64,000 bases of DNA from Promethearchaeota archaeon (GCA_019058295.1 JAHPZI010000022.1:133083-197082), one strand, 5' to 3'. Positions 17,247-27,992 are shown, counted from the first letter of the stretch. Numbers and translations are program-made. Notes: generated by a model from the sequence alone, not told the origin.

Positions 17247-20102
17247 TTAAAAAAACGCATCCATCTTTTTTATTCCTTTAATTTCTTCAAATGTAATACC
17301 TAACGCATCTAATACTTGTTCCAAAGCAGATTGTAATAGCTCACGATATTTTTTAGTATCTATATCTTGAAGTTTTGCTAATTCAAGTGCTTTAGCTCCG
17401 ATAGTACCTTTGCTTTTTATAAAGGAAATTACTTCGCCTTTTTGATATTCTTTACCAGTCGCTTCTTTTAATTCTAGTGCTGCGCGGACATGTTGCGGCA
17501 CTACTTTTGTATAGCCTGAAAGTTTTTTCTGTATTGCGATGTTTATCGCATAATCCTCTAAGGTGAAAGTATCTGGTTTCCCAATTTTCTTTAAATTATC
17601 TCTAACTATTTCAATAATTTCATTTTTAGCCTTGGAAAACTCATTATCATTTGTAATATTCTTTAAGATCTCAATCATTTGGCCAAATATGGTTTTAATA
17701 AAATCAGGAGTATTTCTTTTTTTAGCGAGTAATCCCTTGATATCTACATATTTAGTATCCTTATAGATACCTACATAATTTTTCTTTCTTTTAGAAAGCG
17801 CTAAAAATTGGTAGGTTTTTTCTTCCTCTAAATCAAGATCAAGTTCTTTTTTACTCCAATCTGATATTTCCTTCATCTGATTCTTAGAAGGATTCAATAA
17901 GAAGACGCTATCAGTGTCCCCGTACAGGACTTTTACGCCGAGTTCTTCTGATTTTTTAATTGTCTGCTTTATTGAGTATTGTCCTATACCAGTTGTGCTT
18001 TCTGCTACGGGTAGGCAAAATAATGGGAAATTTTGTGAACCAAAAACTCCATACGAACCATTAATAAACACTTTTAAAGCTTGCTGAATTGTAGTGAAGT
18101 AGCTACGTCTTTCATCAGATAAACTTTTCTCAACCGATTTTGGCTTGAAAAATTTCACCCGAATATCTCGGAAAAATCCAACAACATATGCAAATATACC
18201 CATTTTATGAGTACAAACATGATAGGGAATTCCTTTGATTAAATTTTCCGTACAATCAGTATGAGGGCATTGGACTGTTTCATAAGAAAGATTATATTCT
18301 TTTATAATTGAAGGGTAGAGTGATGCGAAATCCATAACTACAACATCATAATGAATACCTGGAACAGGAGGTATAACATAAGCTCCTGCATACGCTTTTC
18401 CCTCAATTGTGGCTTTAGAATAACCGCCTTTTTTTATTTCAGATATTTCTGAACGACGAGGGATTAAATAATTGTTTTGTCGATGTTCAAAATAGAAAAT
18501 ATTTTGTATCCATGCAGAGATTTGGTGCCTAATCATATCATGAATGGGCATTTTTGTCATTCTACATAGCAAAATTATAAGATTCCAGACAAGGGAATTA
18601 TTAAATTTTGTTAATTCGAGCGTTAATATAGAATCTTTTAAATTGTACCATGCTAAAATGCCATATCTCATATCATGAATTTCTTCTTCGTGTTTATATT
18701 TACCTTCTCCGAGTAATGCCGTGCTGATTGCTTCTAATGAACTACTCTCATATGCTCCTCCAAAGGCATAACCTGATATACTTCTATTGAAAAATAAGTT
18801 GAATACATCAATATGAATTCCTTTTCTTAAATCACATTCTGCTCTTGAGAGAAATCCATATCCTCTTTTAAAAACAATAGGATTCAGATCTCTGTCTATT
18901 TTTAATTTATTTGCTCGATGAAATAAGTAATTTAAGTCAAAATTATCTCCATTAAAAGTAATGATAATAGGATATTCCCACATTAATCTAAATACTTCAG
19001 TTAATAATTCCTTCTCGCTTTTAAAAAATGTTATTTTAGCTTCTTTAGGAAATTTTTCATGAAGTTCTATGTAAGTAAATCCCGCTCGTTCCAATACATA
19101 AACTTGATGTAATCCATCAGTAGCGACAAAAGAAACACTGATAACTTCTTGCTTCGCCATAACTGGATCAGGTATTTTATAATCCTTTGGACCTATACTT
19201 ACCTCAATATCAAGAGCCATCCGCTTAATATCAGGGATAGGAGTTAGAAAGATATTCAAATATTTTTTTGCAAATTTTTGCATTTCCGGTTCTTCTTCTT
19301 TAAACAAATTTATTAACTCATTAGCAATCCTCTCTGATTCAGTTTTATCTTCTCTAAATTCTACTTTTTCAATTTTTCCATTTTTGATACTATAAATTAA
19401 TCCCGGAATTAAACCAGTATCATAAATATAATTTAAATGATATCTAATATCTGCTTCCCATGCTCCTCCTAGAATTCCTCGAATATTCTTTCCAGATCCT
19501 CCAATGTCGAGAGGAGTCTTTCCGTATATCTTGGTCATTGGAATTTCTTTGTCAGTTAATAATTCAAACTTTTTAACGTCTTCAATTCTTACGAATCCAT
19601 CATAATTAGTTAATTCGATATTTGATTCTAAACTGGTTTTCGACTCCTTACTTAAGCAATAAGGCTCATGATTAGTAGTATCAATCCAAATTTTAATATC
19701 GTCAGTTTCTAAATCGTAAAATTTACAGTATGCTTTATTTTGTCCACCATCATAATCAACATCTAATAAAAGACCTTTTTCTAGATCCTGAACAATTTCA
19801 CCTTTTTCTATTAAATATCTGAGATATCGTTGAGCATAAGATTCTCCCTTCATCTGTTTTATTTCAAAATTATCTTCCTTTAAACCAAAGGGAATATCAT
19901 TACGTTTAAAATATAATTCATCAGGAATTTCTCCAGGAGCTTTAGGAGCTGTTTTAGGTTTTTCAGGCTTTTCTGCTTTTTTCTTAGTGGGTTTTTTTTT
20001 CGCAGGTTTCTTTTTTGCCACTGATTTCTTAGATCTTGACGTATCCATGAAAGAAGTGAGAGACTTCTGCTGTTTATCTTCTACTCTTTTCTTTTTTGCC
20101 AA
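17247..20102 (-). CDS. polB1: Family B DNA polymerase, PolB1 type
   Basis: LLDVDYDG/HEPYCL N-terminal domain as in crenarchaeal PolB1; exonuclease DIEV and TFNGDNFD; polymerase DFASLYPS, KVFINGSYG, YGDTDS; TTG start. Confidence 0.92.
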   Translation of the reverse strand: MAKKKRVEDKQQKSLTSFMDTSRSKKSVAKKKPAKKKPTKKKAEKPEKPKTAPKAPGEIPDELYFKRNDIPFGLKEDNFEIKQMKGESYAQRYLRYLIEKGEIVQDLEKGLLLDVDYDGGQNKAYCKFYDLETDDIKIWIDTTNHEPYCLSKESKTSLESNIELTNYDGFVRIEDVKKFELLTDKEIPMTKIYGKTPLDIGGSGKNIRGILGGAWEADIRYHLNYIYDTGLIPGLIYSIKNGKIEKVEFREDKTESERIANELINLFKEEEPEMQKFAKKYLNIFLTPIPDIKRMALDIEVSIGPKDYKIPDPVMAKQEVISVSFVATDGLHQVYVLERAGFTYIELHEKFPKEAKITFFKSEKELLTEVFRLMWEYPIIITFNGDNFDLNYLFHRANKLKIDRDLNPIVFKRGYGFLSRAECDLRKGIHIDVFNLFFNRSISGYAFGGAYESSSLEAISTALLGEGKYKHEEEIHDMRYGILAWYNLKDSILTLELTKFNNSLVWNLIILLCRMTKMPIHDMIRHQISAWIQNIFYFEHRQNNYLIPRRSEISEIKKGGYSKATIEGKAYAGAYVIPPVPGIHYDVVVMDFASLYPSIIKEYNLSYETVQCPHTDCTENLIKGIPYHVCTHKMGIFAYVVGFFRDIRVKFFKPKSVEKSLSDERRSYFTTIQQALKVFINGSYGVFGSQNFPLFCLPVAESTTGIGQYSIKQTIKKSEELGVKVLYGDTDSVFLLNPSKNQMKEISDWSKKELDLDLEEEKTYQFLALSKRKKNYVGIYKDTKYVDIKGLLAKKRNTPDFIKTIFGQMIEILKNITNDNEFSKAKNEIIEIVRDNLKKIGKPDTFTLEDYAINIAIQKKLSGYTKVVPQHVRAALELKEATGKEYQKGEVISFIKSKGTIGAKALELAKLQDIDTKKYRELLQSALEQVLDALGITFEEIKGIKKMDAFF

Positions 20103-20291
20103 ATAAACACCAATATCAGATGACTTTTTTATTTCTATATATAATTATTATAGTATTTATTAAAATTTCAACTATTTCTACCTTAATATTGAAATATCTA
20201 GTACATTTTTTTTTGTTTTTAACAGATATTAAATCAAAACGAGAATATAAAAAAAAAATATTATTTTTTTTGGTTTCGAGAACTAATTGTA

Positions 20292-20615
20292 CTACCAAAC
20301 AGCTGAAAATCCCCATGCCATAGCACCTAAAAGAAATAACAAACATATGGCACTAAAAACGGTTCCTAAAATTCCAAATGTTTTATTATCTTCAGCAGTA
20401 GCAATTCCAACAATTCCTAGAATTAGAGCTATGAAACAAAAGACAAGTAAAACAATTCCAAAAGTCGCTGCTTGGGCAACTTGAGCAGTAGCTACAGTCC
20501 CAGCAAATGCAGCAGATGCTATAGCTCGCCATATCATTACTGGTAAAATTATAAAAGTTAAGACACAAAGAACAAGTGATAAAACGAAAGAAGCAATTCC
20601 AACTCCATTTCCCAT
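20292..20615 (-). CDS. Small 3-TM membrane protein
   Basis: GIASFVLSLV...ALILGIVG hydrophobic helices. Confidence 0.7.
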   Translation of the reverse strand: MGNGVGIASFVLSLVLCVLTFIILPVMIWRAIASAAFAGTVATAQVAQAATFGIVLLVFCFIALILGIVGIATAEDNKTFGILGTVFSAICLLFLLGAMAWGFSAVW

Positions 20616-20696
20616 ATAATTTCACTCTCTTTTTTGTTTAATTTTTTTATTGGATGTAATTTTTATTTACACAAAATTGTATTTAAACTTTTTTAC

Positions 20697-22076
20697 TCAT
20701 TTAGTTCCAGTCGTCATCCTTATTCCCTCAATAAGCATAAAAGGAGCAAATACGGGATTTGAAGTCGGACTTAGCCATGTAGAGACTTGTTTTAATTTTT
20801 TTCCTAAACCTATTGTATGTTCAAGCATGTGATAATGGTTGGAGTTAATACGTAGTTCTCTGACGGGTTCAAGAATTTTTCCTCTATTTTTTACTAAAAA
20901 CATGCCATCTTTAGGAATAGAAGATAATACTCCAGGAGGGGCATAACTCTGATAACGAGTGTACCACGTTGATGAAATTAATAAAGTAGGTTTCTCAGAA
21001 ATTTCCATTAATTCTTCTAAGGTGTGATCACCAGCTGCAAATACCGTATTGGAAGGTCTTGGCATTGTAATTCCGGCATTACCAGTTGATTCTTTATTTT
21101 TTCTTGTGAGAGATGTATTCGTAAAATATTGATGTATAATTCCTTTATTAATTAATAATGTCTTTTTGGTGGGGACACATTCATCGTCAAAAGGAGAGCT
21201 TTCTAAACCATATTCAATGGTTCCATCGTCCCATGCTGAGATATTTTCGCTGGCAATTTTATCACCTAATCTTTTTCCTATTAACCATGATAAACCCATC
21301 TTTCTGATGTATTCATTCATAGCTATTGATAATGTAGGAGCTTGTAATTCAGTAGATACTTTTGGATATATGATTATATTATATATGCCTGGTTCCGCTT
21401 TTTTACCACCGACAGCCATTTTACAAATTTTTCCTGCCTCTTCTCCAGCCCATATTGCATCAAAATCTTTATTTAAGTGAGTTGAACAAGATAAAGATTC
21501 TCCTGTCGCGTACATATCTTCCGCAAATGCTCTTATTCGAAAATTAAGATGTGTTCTTTTAAAGTTTTGTTCAATACCGGTACTAGTTTCTAAAAAAAAA
21601 TTAGTATCTCCAAAAAAGAAAGACCCAGCCACTCTCTTAGCTCCTTGGGTTATTGAAACATCTGTAGCTCTTTCAACAAGACCAATAGCTTTTTCACCCA
21701 AATTAGCGACTTTATCGTCAAAAATCTTACCTTGAATGCTCATATCATATTTAAGCGTTCCTTCTGGCAGTCTTTTGTAATATCTATTAATTTTTGCGAC
21801 ATTTAATAACTTTTCGCAATAATTTATGGTATTTTCGATTACATTAGGACTTAAATTGCTGATTGAAATTTCAGTTGTTCTTCTTTTTTTAGATAAAAAC
21901 AATACTAACTTGATATCATCCCAATTCTTATTAATGTCTATATTATTCTCAGAAAATCTGATTTGATTCTCTGATTTTATTATTCCTTTAATTACCCATG
22001 AATCACAAAATTGTTTTAGATGCTTTTTAGCAAGCTCCATTTTATCTGTTAAAATTTCAAACTTTTTTTGATTCAA
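20697..22076 (-). CDS. pmbA: TldE/PmbA family protein
   Basis: PFDDECVPT, STGNAG; lacks HExxxH; follows tldD; GGTGA SD + TTG. Confidence 0.85.
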   Translation of the reverse strand: MNQKKFEILTDKMELAKKHLKQFCDSWVIKGIIKSENQIRFSENNIDINKNWDDIKLVLFLSKKRRTTEISISNLSPNVIENTINYCEKLLNVAKINRYYKRLPEGTLKYDMSIQGKIFDDKVANLGEKAIGLVERATDVSITQGAKRVAGSFFFGDTNFFLETSTGIEQNFKRTHLNFRIRAFAEDMYATGESLSCSTHLNKDFDAIWAGEEAGKICKMAVGGKKAEPGIYNIIIYPKVSTELQAPTLSIAMNEYIRKMGLSWLIGKRLGDKIASENISAWDDGTIEYGLESSPFDDECVPTKKTLLINKGIIHQYFTNTSLTRKNKESTGNAGITMPRPSNTVFAAGDHTLEELMEISEKPTLLISSTWYTRYQSYAPPGVLSSIPKDGMFLVKNRGKILEPVRELRINSNHYHMLEHTIGLGKKLKQVSTWLSPTSNPVFAPFMLIEGIRMTTGTK

Positions 22077-22085
22077 ATAATCACC

Positions 22086-23552
22086 TTATGCTAATTTAAC
22101 ATTTCTTAATCTAACATTGGGACCACCAGTCCAAACAGGACACCCTTGGCCTGGTTCTGATTTACCACAAAAGGCTCCTTCCCATTCCATCGTTTCTTCC
22201 TTTCCTTGAGCGTCAATACTACCAAATAATCCAGGTGATGAGATTTCGAGACCTGGTTTTAAAACTAGATTTTTAATTTCACCATTTTCTATTAAATATG
22301 ATTCTTGCCCTACATACTTAGATTGTAACCGCTTATCGTCAATATTCCATTCTGTGAAACTTTTCATGAAAATACCCAATTTTACATCCTCAATCATTTC
22401 TTCAAATGAATAATCTCCAGGTGCGAAATAAGTATTCGCCATCCTTATAATAGGTTCACGATCATAAGCCACAGCTCTAGCGGCAGCATTGCTATGAGTA
22501 TTAAAAACACTAGCAGTCTCTCGATTTAACAACATTTCATTAAAGATTCCATTTTTAATTAGCTCTCTTCTGTGAGCCTTTACACCCTCATCATCATATA
22601 AATAAAAACCATAGGAACCTGCAATAGTTGGATCTTCATATATATTAACACATTCATTACCAATTCTAAAGCCAATTTCATGTTCTCTTAAATATGATTC
22701 CCCTGCCTGCGCTCCTTCACGACCTAGAATCCGATCCGACTCATGCGGATGGCCACAATTTTCGTGAGATATTATTCCTGCAACTTTTGGTCCTAAAATT
22801 ATATCTATCTCACCTTCAGGAGGCTTTTTGGCTTCTATTATAATTTTCCCGAGTATATTAACTTTTTCTCTTACTTTTTCAATTAAATTCCAAGAAATTA
22901 ATTCGTTCCACCCTGCTGTTGTAGCAAAAGTACTCATAGATTGTTCATTCTTACCACCAGGTTGTATTCCTATAATGATGGGTATAAAAGCAACTCGTGG
23001 AACTGAACTAGAGATTTTTGCTGAATCAGAATTAATGTAATATGTATCTCTCTGCTCTGTAATTAAAACAAAAATATGAATAAAATCTACAGGATATTTC
23101 TTTTCAGAGAAAATTTTAATAAAATCTTGAATATATTCGATCTTTTCTTCTAAAGAGACTTCTATTGGATTAATATCATATTTGCTTTGCCATTTCGCTT
23201 CGTAAAATTTTTCTTCACTCATTTGAATGGGAGTTTTTCTCTGTTTGGCACTTCTTTTAGCCGTTTTATATGCATGATCTACAGCATTATAAATAGATTC
23301 TCTATTCAAATTATTTGTTGTCGCCATTCCCATTCCACCATTTACTAAGAGTCTAACATTGATTCCTATTTTTCTACTAAACGCATCTTTAGTGAGGTCA
23401 ATTGGTAAATTTCCAAGGTGCATTTTACCATTAAAAAAAGAGACAGTATCACTAATATTCGATTCTAATCTTACTTCTGCATAATCGCAATACTTTCCGT
23501 TAGATTGAGCATAATCCAATGCAGATTCCGCTAAATCTTTAAAGTTTTCCAT
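22086..23552 (-). CDS. tldD: TldD metalloprotease
   Basis: HENCGHPHE, YDDEGV, RMANTY, CGKSEPGQ, GGP motifs. Confidence 0.92.
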   Translation of the reverse strand: MENFKDLAESALDYAQSNGKYCDYAEVRLESNISDTVSFFNGKMHLGNLPIDLTKDAFSRKIGINVRLLVNGGMGMATTNNLNRESIYNAVDHAYKTAKRSAKQRKTPIQMSEEKFYEAKWQSKYDINPIEVSLEEKIEYIQDFIKIFSEKKYPVDFIHIFVLITEQRDTYYINSDSAKISSSVPRVAFIPIIIGIQPGGKNEQSMSTFATTAGWNELISWNLIEKVREKVNILGKIIIEAKKPPEGEIDIILGPKVAGIISHENCGHPHESDRILGREGAQAGESYLREHEIGFRIGNECVNIYEDPTIAGSYGFYLYDDEGVKAHRRELIKNGIFNEMLLNRETASVFNTHSNAAARAVAYDREPIIRMANTYFAPGDYSFEEMIEDVKLGIFMKSFTEWNIDDKRLQSKYVGQESYLIENGEIKNLVLKPGLEISSPGLFGSIDAQGKEETMEWEGAFCGKSEPGQGCPVWTGGPNVRLRNVKLA

Positions 23553-23693
23553 TTTTAGTCTTAATTTAAAATATTATTCTTAATATATTACAATAAAACA
23601 GAAAAGAATTAAAGCTTTTTATGGTTGTTTATTGCCTTTTTGAATGAAGAATTTAAGAACTATTAAAAAAAAAAGAATATTATACTTAGACCA

Positions 23694-24032
23694 TTAGTTT
23701 TTATTAATCAAACTCTCGATTTCTTTCAATAATAAAGTTTTTTCCGCAATAAACCAGTGCAGTTTTGATTTTTCTGGATGCTCATGGTAAATAATTTCTG
23801 ATAATTTCTTTACTTCTTCCTCAGTAGGCTTAAGAATTTCTCCATTAACATTTTCTCTTATTAATAAAACTAGGTTGTCAGTTTCAAGAGGCTGGATGTC
23901 GTATCCATTTTTTATATTTTTATTGATTGTAACACATAATTCCGCCAAATACCATACCGAGTCATCATATGATTCATTCGATTTATATCGGCGATAGGCT
24001 AGGTTAGTAACGTCTTCTTTTGTAAATGGCAT
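23694..24032 (-). CDS. Hypothetical protein with two internal DUF2934-like helical repeats
   Basis: EDVTNLAYRRY..SVWYLAE and EEVKKLSEIIY..LHWFIAE. Confidence 0.65.
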   Translation of the reverse strand: MPFTKEDVTNLAYRRYKSNESYDDSVWYLAELCVTINKNIKNGYDIQPLETDNLVLLIRENVNGEILKPTEEEVKKLSEIIYHEHPEKSKLHWFIAEKTLLLKEIESLINKN

Positions 24033-24192
24033 TTAAATACAACAAAATATATATAAAATTTTGAAACAGTGTATGTTTAACAAAAAAGATAGTTTTGTTT
24101 TTAATTATTTGTGTTAATTTTTAAAAGCTAAATAAACCACAAAATTAATTATTTATTCAGTTTTACTTAAAATATTATCAATATTTATAAAT

Positions 24193-24293
24193 GCCTCTGT
24201 GGCTTAGCGGTATAGCAGCAGACTTGTAATCTGCAGATCAATGCATAATCCTTGCGTGAGCAGAAGTCGGGGGTTCAAATCCCTCCAGAGGCT
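24193..24293 (+). tRNA. tRNA-Thr(UGU) with a 29-nt intron in the variable loop (24237..24265)
   Basis: Acceptor stem GCCTCTG/CAGAGGC, U discriminator, anticodon arm GCAGA-CTTGTAA-TCTGC, T arm GGGGG-TTCAAAT-CCCTC. Removing the intron restores the AGGTC variable loop. Confidence 0.92.
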
Positions 24294-24336
24294 TATTTTA
24301 TATTACCATCTTTATAATTATAAAATAGGTTTTATT

Positions 24337-25680
24337 ATGGAGACTGAAAGCTTATACAAAAATCATTATAAATTTATTTTCGCCTTTTTTTACCTGATAG
24401 AAGGGTTTGTTCAGGGAATTCCTTTCTTAGTTTTTCCAGTATATTTGGCAACACTCTTAGGTAATAAATATGATATCGCGAAATTGTTAATTATTACCTC
24501 AATAGGGTATATTCCTTGGTCAATCAAGATTATAGTTGGTTTTTGCAACGATAAGTGGGGTTCAAAAAAATATGGTAGAAGATTTCCTTGGATTGCATGT
24601 TTTGGTGTATACGGTGGAATTTGGTGGATTATTTTGGCAATTTATTTGCCTGTGGATGAATCTATTTATTTGACACTAGGAATTTATGCTTTCATGATAG
24701 CCCTTGGCATGGCATTTTCCGATACAGCCCTTGATGGGCTCATTTTAGATACAGTCCCAAAAGAAAAATTAGGACAAGTTCAAGGTTACACATGGACGTG
24801 TTTATTATTGGGAATGGGGGCAGGTGGTATGTTATTAGGTTTAATCTTTCTTGCTTTAGGTATAATGCCTATTTTATTTGCTTTAACTGGTGTGCTGGTT
24901 ATTATTGCTTGTCTCTTAACTCGATTAATTAAAGAACCACCTTTAAAAAAAGTAGAAATAAAGGAGATGGGGAAAAATATCAAATCTCTTATTACCAAGA
25001 AGAAGAACTGGAAAGTTTATGGTAATTCATTTTTCGGAGCCATGGCAAATGTTATGATTCTTAGTTTTTTCGGATATCTTATATTAATTAATATAGGTAT
25101 AATTGAGGTAAATCAAACGATTTTGTCAATTAGAGAGGGTGAACCTGTTGAACTTTTAGGCTGGATCTCTGTATTTTATTTCTTTAGTGGAGTTGGAACT
25201 GTAATTGGTTCGATTATTGCTGGAAAACTTGTTGATAAAGGCAGAAAGAGAACTCTTACAATTGTTTATTTTATATATATACCTTTTTGCATTATTAGTG
25301 TAGTACCGTTTTTAATATCTGGAGAACTTATATTGGCGTTGATTTATGGTATAATTGCTATATTAATATTTGGGGCAGTTCAAGGAGCGCTAAATATAAC
25401 AACCCAAACTATAAACGGAGATATTTCAAGAAAAGAATATCCCGATTTAAAAAGCAGTTTTTATGCGTTGTTAATATCATGGTGGAATGGTGGACAAGCT
25501 CTCGGTTCATTCTTTGGGGCATTGATTTTTATATATTTCGCTTTTTATATAACAGATTTCAATATATTATACTTTTTAATATCTGTTTTTGGAGCTATCA
25601 CACTATTTATAAGCTATTTATCTTTTAGAGCAATTGATCCAAAAGATTATGAATTTTCCCATCATTTAGAAAAAGATTAA
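24337..25680 (+). CDS. MFS transporter (AmpG/BT1-like)
   Basis: YLIEGFVQG, PWSIK, GRRFPW, DTALDG; ~12 TM. Start moved to ATG 24337 because the track start overlaps the tRNA. Confidence 0.85.
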   Translation: METESLYKNHYKFIFAFFYLIEGFVQGIPFLVFPVYLATLLGNKYDIAKLLIITSIGYIPWSIKIIVGFCNDKWGSKKYGRRFPWIACFGVYGGIWWIILAIYLPVDESIYLTLGIYAFMIALGMAFSDTALDGLILDTVPKEKLGQVQGYTWTCLLLGMGAGGMLLGLIFLALGIMPILFALTGVLVIIACLLTRLIKEPPLKKVEIKEMGKNIKSLITKKKNWKVYGNSFFGAMANVMILSFFGYLILINIGIIEVNQTILSIREGEPVELLGWISVFYFFSGVGTVIGSIIAGKLVDKGRKRTLTIVYFIYIPFCIISVVPFLISGELILALIYGIIAILIFGAVQGALNITTQTINGDISRKEYPDLKSSFYALLISWWNGGQALGSFFGALIFIYFAFYITDFNILYFLISVFGAITLFISYLSFRAIDPKDYEFSHHLEKD

Positions 25681-25697
25681 CGATTTGGTGAAATGTT

Positions 25698-27266
25698 ATT
25701 AATAAGATCAACAGGTTAATTTTTTGCATAATAGATAATGTTAGAGCTGAGCATTTCTTTAATTTCATAAATAGAGGTTTACTCCCTAATTTTAAAAAAT
25801 TAATGGAGGAGGGGATTTTTTCTAAAAATTGCATAACAGATTTCCCAACAATCACGTATCCAACACAGCAATCTTTGATTACAGGAACATATACTGGAGA
25901 TTATCGAAAGGAATTATGTCATGGCGTACCTTTGTCTGATTGGATGGGCCGTGATATTGCACCTCCAAAACTAAGATGCTATGCTTCCAAAAATTTACAA
26001 ATCTATAAAATGAATGAAGATTTGGGGCGTAATTGCCAGACAATTCTTGAAATGATTGACGAGGGAAATACGTCAAGTATAGTTCAGTTTATAAATAGAG
26101 GGGCTGACTTTTTTTTTCCAGAAAATAAAATCAAATTAGCAGTTTATTACTTACTATTGACACAAAAACGGTTTTTTTTAAAATTAATCGCTCTAGCTAA
26201 TACTATTATAGTTCAAAAATTATTAGAAAACTTTAAAAAACCAAAAAAATATTTTGGAAATAATGAGCCTCCTATTTGTTCAAATCTCTTATTTTTTACG
26301 TCAGATATACTATGTCATGCTTTTGGATATGACAATAAATATTATAAATTGAATTTAATCCATATAGATAAGCAAATAGGAATCTTAATAAGTGAATTAG
26401 ATAAAATGGGATATTTAGATGATACTGCGATTGCAATAACTAGCGATCATGGAAATTATAGAGCAGGGAAGACTGGAAGCTTAACAAATTTTTTTGAGAG
26501 TTTTGGATTAACACATTATCACCCTCGTAAAAATATAAAAGGTAATTTTAATTTATGCGGATTTGGTGGAGTGGGATTTCTTAATTTTAAAGGTGCTAGC
26601 TCACATAAATATGGTTGGAGTCATCCTACTATTAACGAACTTAAAAAATATGGTTCAAAACGAATCAATTTATTGGATAGTCTGTTTAAAATAGAAGAGA
26701 GTCATTTAATGTATTATAGAGATACAAATAACACTTACGATAAAGGAATTATTCATTTAAAGCGTAAAGATAGAACCACAGGAAATATTATGTCAGGGAC
26801 AATTGAATATAGAGGTACTGGAAATAATTATAAAACTAAATATATAGCCGAAGATGATAACAATGATATATTTGGATATAGCAACGATGATATAGCAAAT
26901 AAATTGATTGACAATCGCTTCCACTCTATAAATGAATGGATTGAAGGGACTTATCACCTTGATTTTCCAATGTATCCAGATTTAATTCCACGACATTTTA
27001 AAAATCCTCGAAGTTCTGACATTATTGTTAGCACTGGTGGAAAAGTTGTTTTTAAACATGAGAATGAAAAAAACAAAAATGAGCCTTTATATACTCACGA
27101 TATTGGTCTCAGAAAATGTGCTATTGTACCATTAATAATTGGAGGATCTAAAGAAATTCCATATAAAGAAATAACTTATTGTAAAACAACAGATATTGTT
27201 CCGACTTTATTAAAATTCTTAGGGAAAAGGGCCCATAAAAGTGTAATTGGGAAATGTCTAATTTAA
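25698..27266 (+). CDS. Alkaline-phosphatase-superfamily enzyme (nucleotide pyrophosphatase/phosphodiesterase-like), probable ATT start
   Basis: FPTITYP nucleophile motif, DILCH, TSDHG, HDIG. The metal-binding IIDNVRAE..LPNFKKLMEEG segment lies upstream of the first ATG (25803); GGTGA at 25687-25691. Confidence 0.82.
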   Translation: MNKINRLIFCIIDNVRAEHFFNFINRGLLPNFKKLMEEGIFSKNCITDFPTITYPTQQSLITGTYTGDYRKELCHGVPLSDWMGRDIAPPKLRCYASKNLQIYKMNEDLGRNCQTILEMIDEGNTSSIVQFINRGADFFFPENKIKLAVYYLLLTQKRFFLKLIALANTIIVQKLLENFKKPKKYFGNNEPPICSNLLFFTSDILCHAFGYDNKYYKLNLIHIDKQIGILISELDKMGYLDDTAIAITSDHGNYRAGKTGSLTNFFESFGLTHYHPRKNIKGNFNLCGFGGVGFLNFKGASSHKYGWSHPTINELKKYGSKRINLLDSLFKIEESHLMYYRDTNNTYDKGIIHLKRKDRTTGNIMSGTIEYRGTGNNYKTKYIAEDDNNDIFGYSNDDIANKLIDNRFHSINEWIEGTYHLDFPMYPDLIPRHFKNPRSSDIIVSTGGKVVFKHENEKNKNEPLYTHDIGLRKCAIVPLIIGGSKEIPYKEITYCKTTDIVPTLLKFLGKRAHKSVIGKCLI

Positions 27267-27311
27267 TTAATAGAAAGTTATTATTAAAATTAGAATAAGA
27301 ATTTAAAAATA

Positions 27312-27992
27312 TTAAACCGTGTCACTCCTCAGTAATTGCATTATATAATCAGCTACTGTTTCAATTGAATCTGAAATCGCTTCCATTATATCAAAAGTGT
27401 TTCCAGCAGTAAATATTGTAAAGTTATTCACGTCGTAATTTGTTTCTTGAAGACTTTTTCTTAATTTTATATTAGAAATATCTATTTTGTGTTCAAGTAA
27501 ATTAATTTGTTTGCTAAATTCTTTGACTTTTTTCCTTTCTTGAAGCAAATCTATAACTATTTTATCTAAATACTCTACGCATTCCACGGTTGTATTCATA
27601 ATTTCTTTTACAAGGTTGACAGTTTCCTCACTACTTTGGTTCCAAAATTTTATGGGGATTGTATTTATACGCCTTGCTACTCCAGTGGCACAATTTGCCA
27701 CATCATCTTGACGTTTGATCAAATGAGATAAATCCGTTCGTACGCTAGGATTTAATTCACCCTTTGATATATCTTGTAAAATTTCCCTTCTTAATTTATC
27801 TGCTTCACCTTCCAGAAGATCTACATTATGAAAATTAGCATACGCTTTTTCAAGATTTTTATCTGTCAATAAAATATCTATTCCAGTTTTCAATTCTCTG
27901 ACAGATTCTTGAACTTTTTGAGCGTGTTTGATAGATTTTTCTAAAACTGATGTAGCAGTTCTTTTTTTAAAATATTCAATAAGAGTACCCAT
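27312..27992 (-). CDS. DUF47/PhoU-div phosphate transport regulator
   Basis: LEGEADKLRR, QDDVAN, LEHKID, ISDSIETVAD. Confidence 0.88.
   Translation of the reverse strand: MGTLIEYFKKRTATSVLEKSIKHAQKVQESVRELKTGIDILLTDKNLEKAYANFHNVDLLEGEADKLRREILQDISKGELNPSVRTDLSHLIKRQDDVANCATGVARRINTIPIKFWNQSSEETVNLVKEIMNTTVECVEYLDKIVIDLLQERKKVKEFSKQINLLEHKIDISNIKLRKSLQETNYDVNNFTIFTAGNTFDIMEAISDSIETVADYIMQLLRSDTV

Noticed and set aside
24241-24336. N-terminal 32 codons of the MFS ORF as given in the track
   Set aside because: They overlap the tRNA-Thr gene; ATG 24337 is the plausible start.
25693-25719. Out-of-frame ATG near the SD of the AlkP gene (similarly at 30509 for the small wHTH) as true start with a frameshift
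   Set aside because: Only 1-2 nt from the SD, gives short dead-end peptides, and no such ATG exists for the GTPase or ABC cases. An assembly indel cannot be fully excluded without reads.
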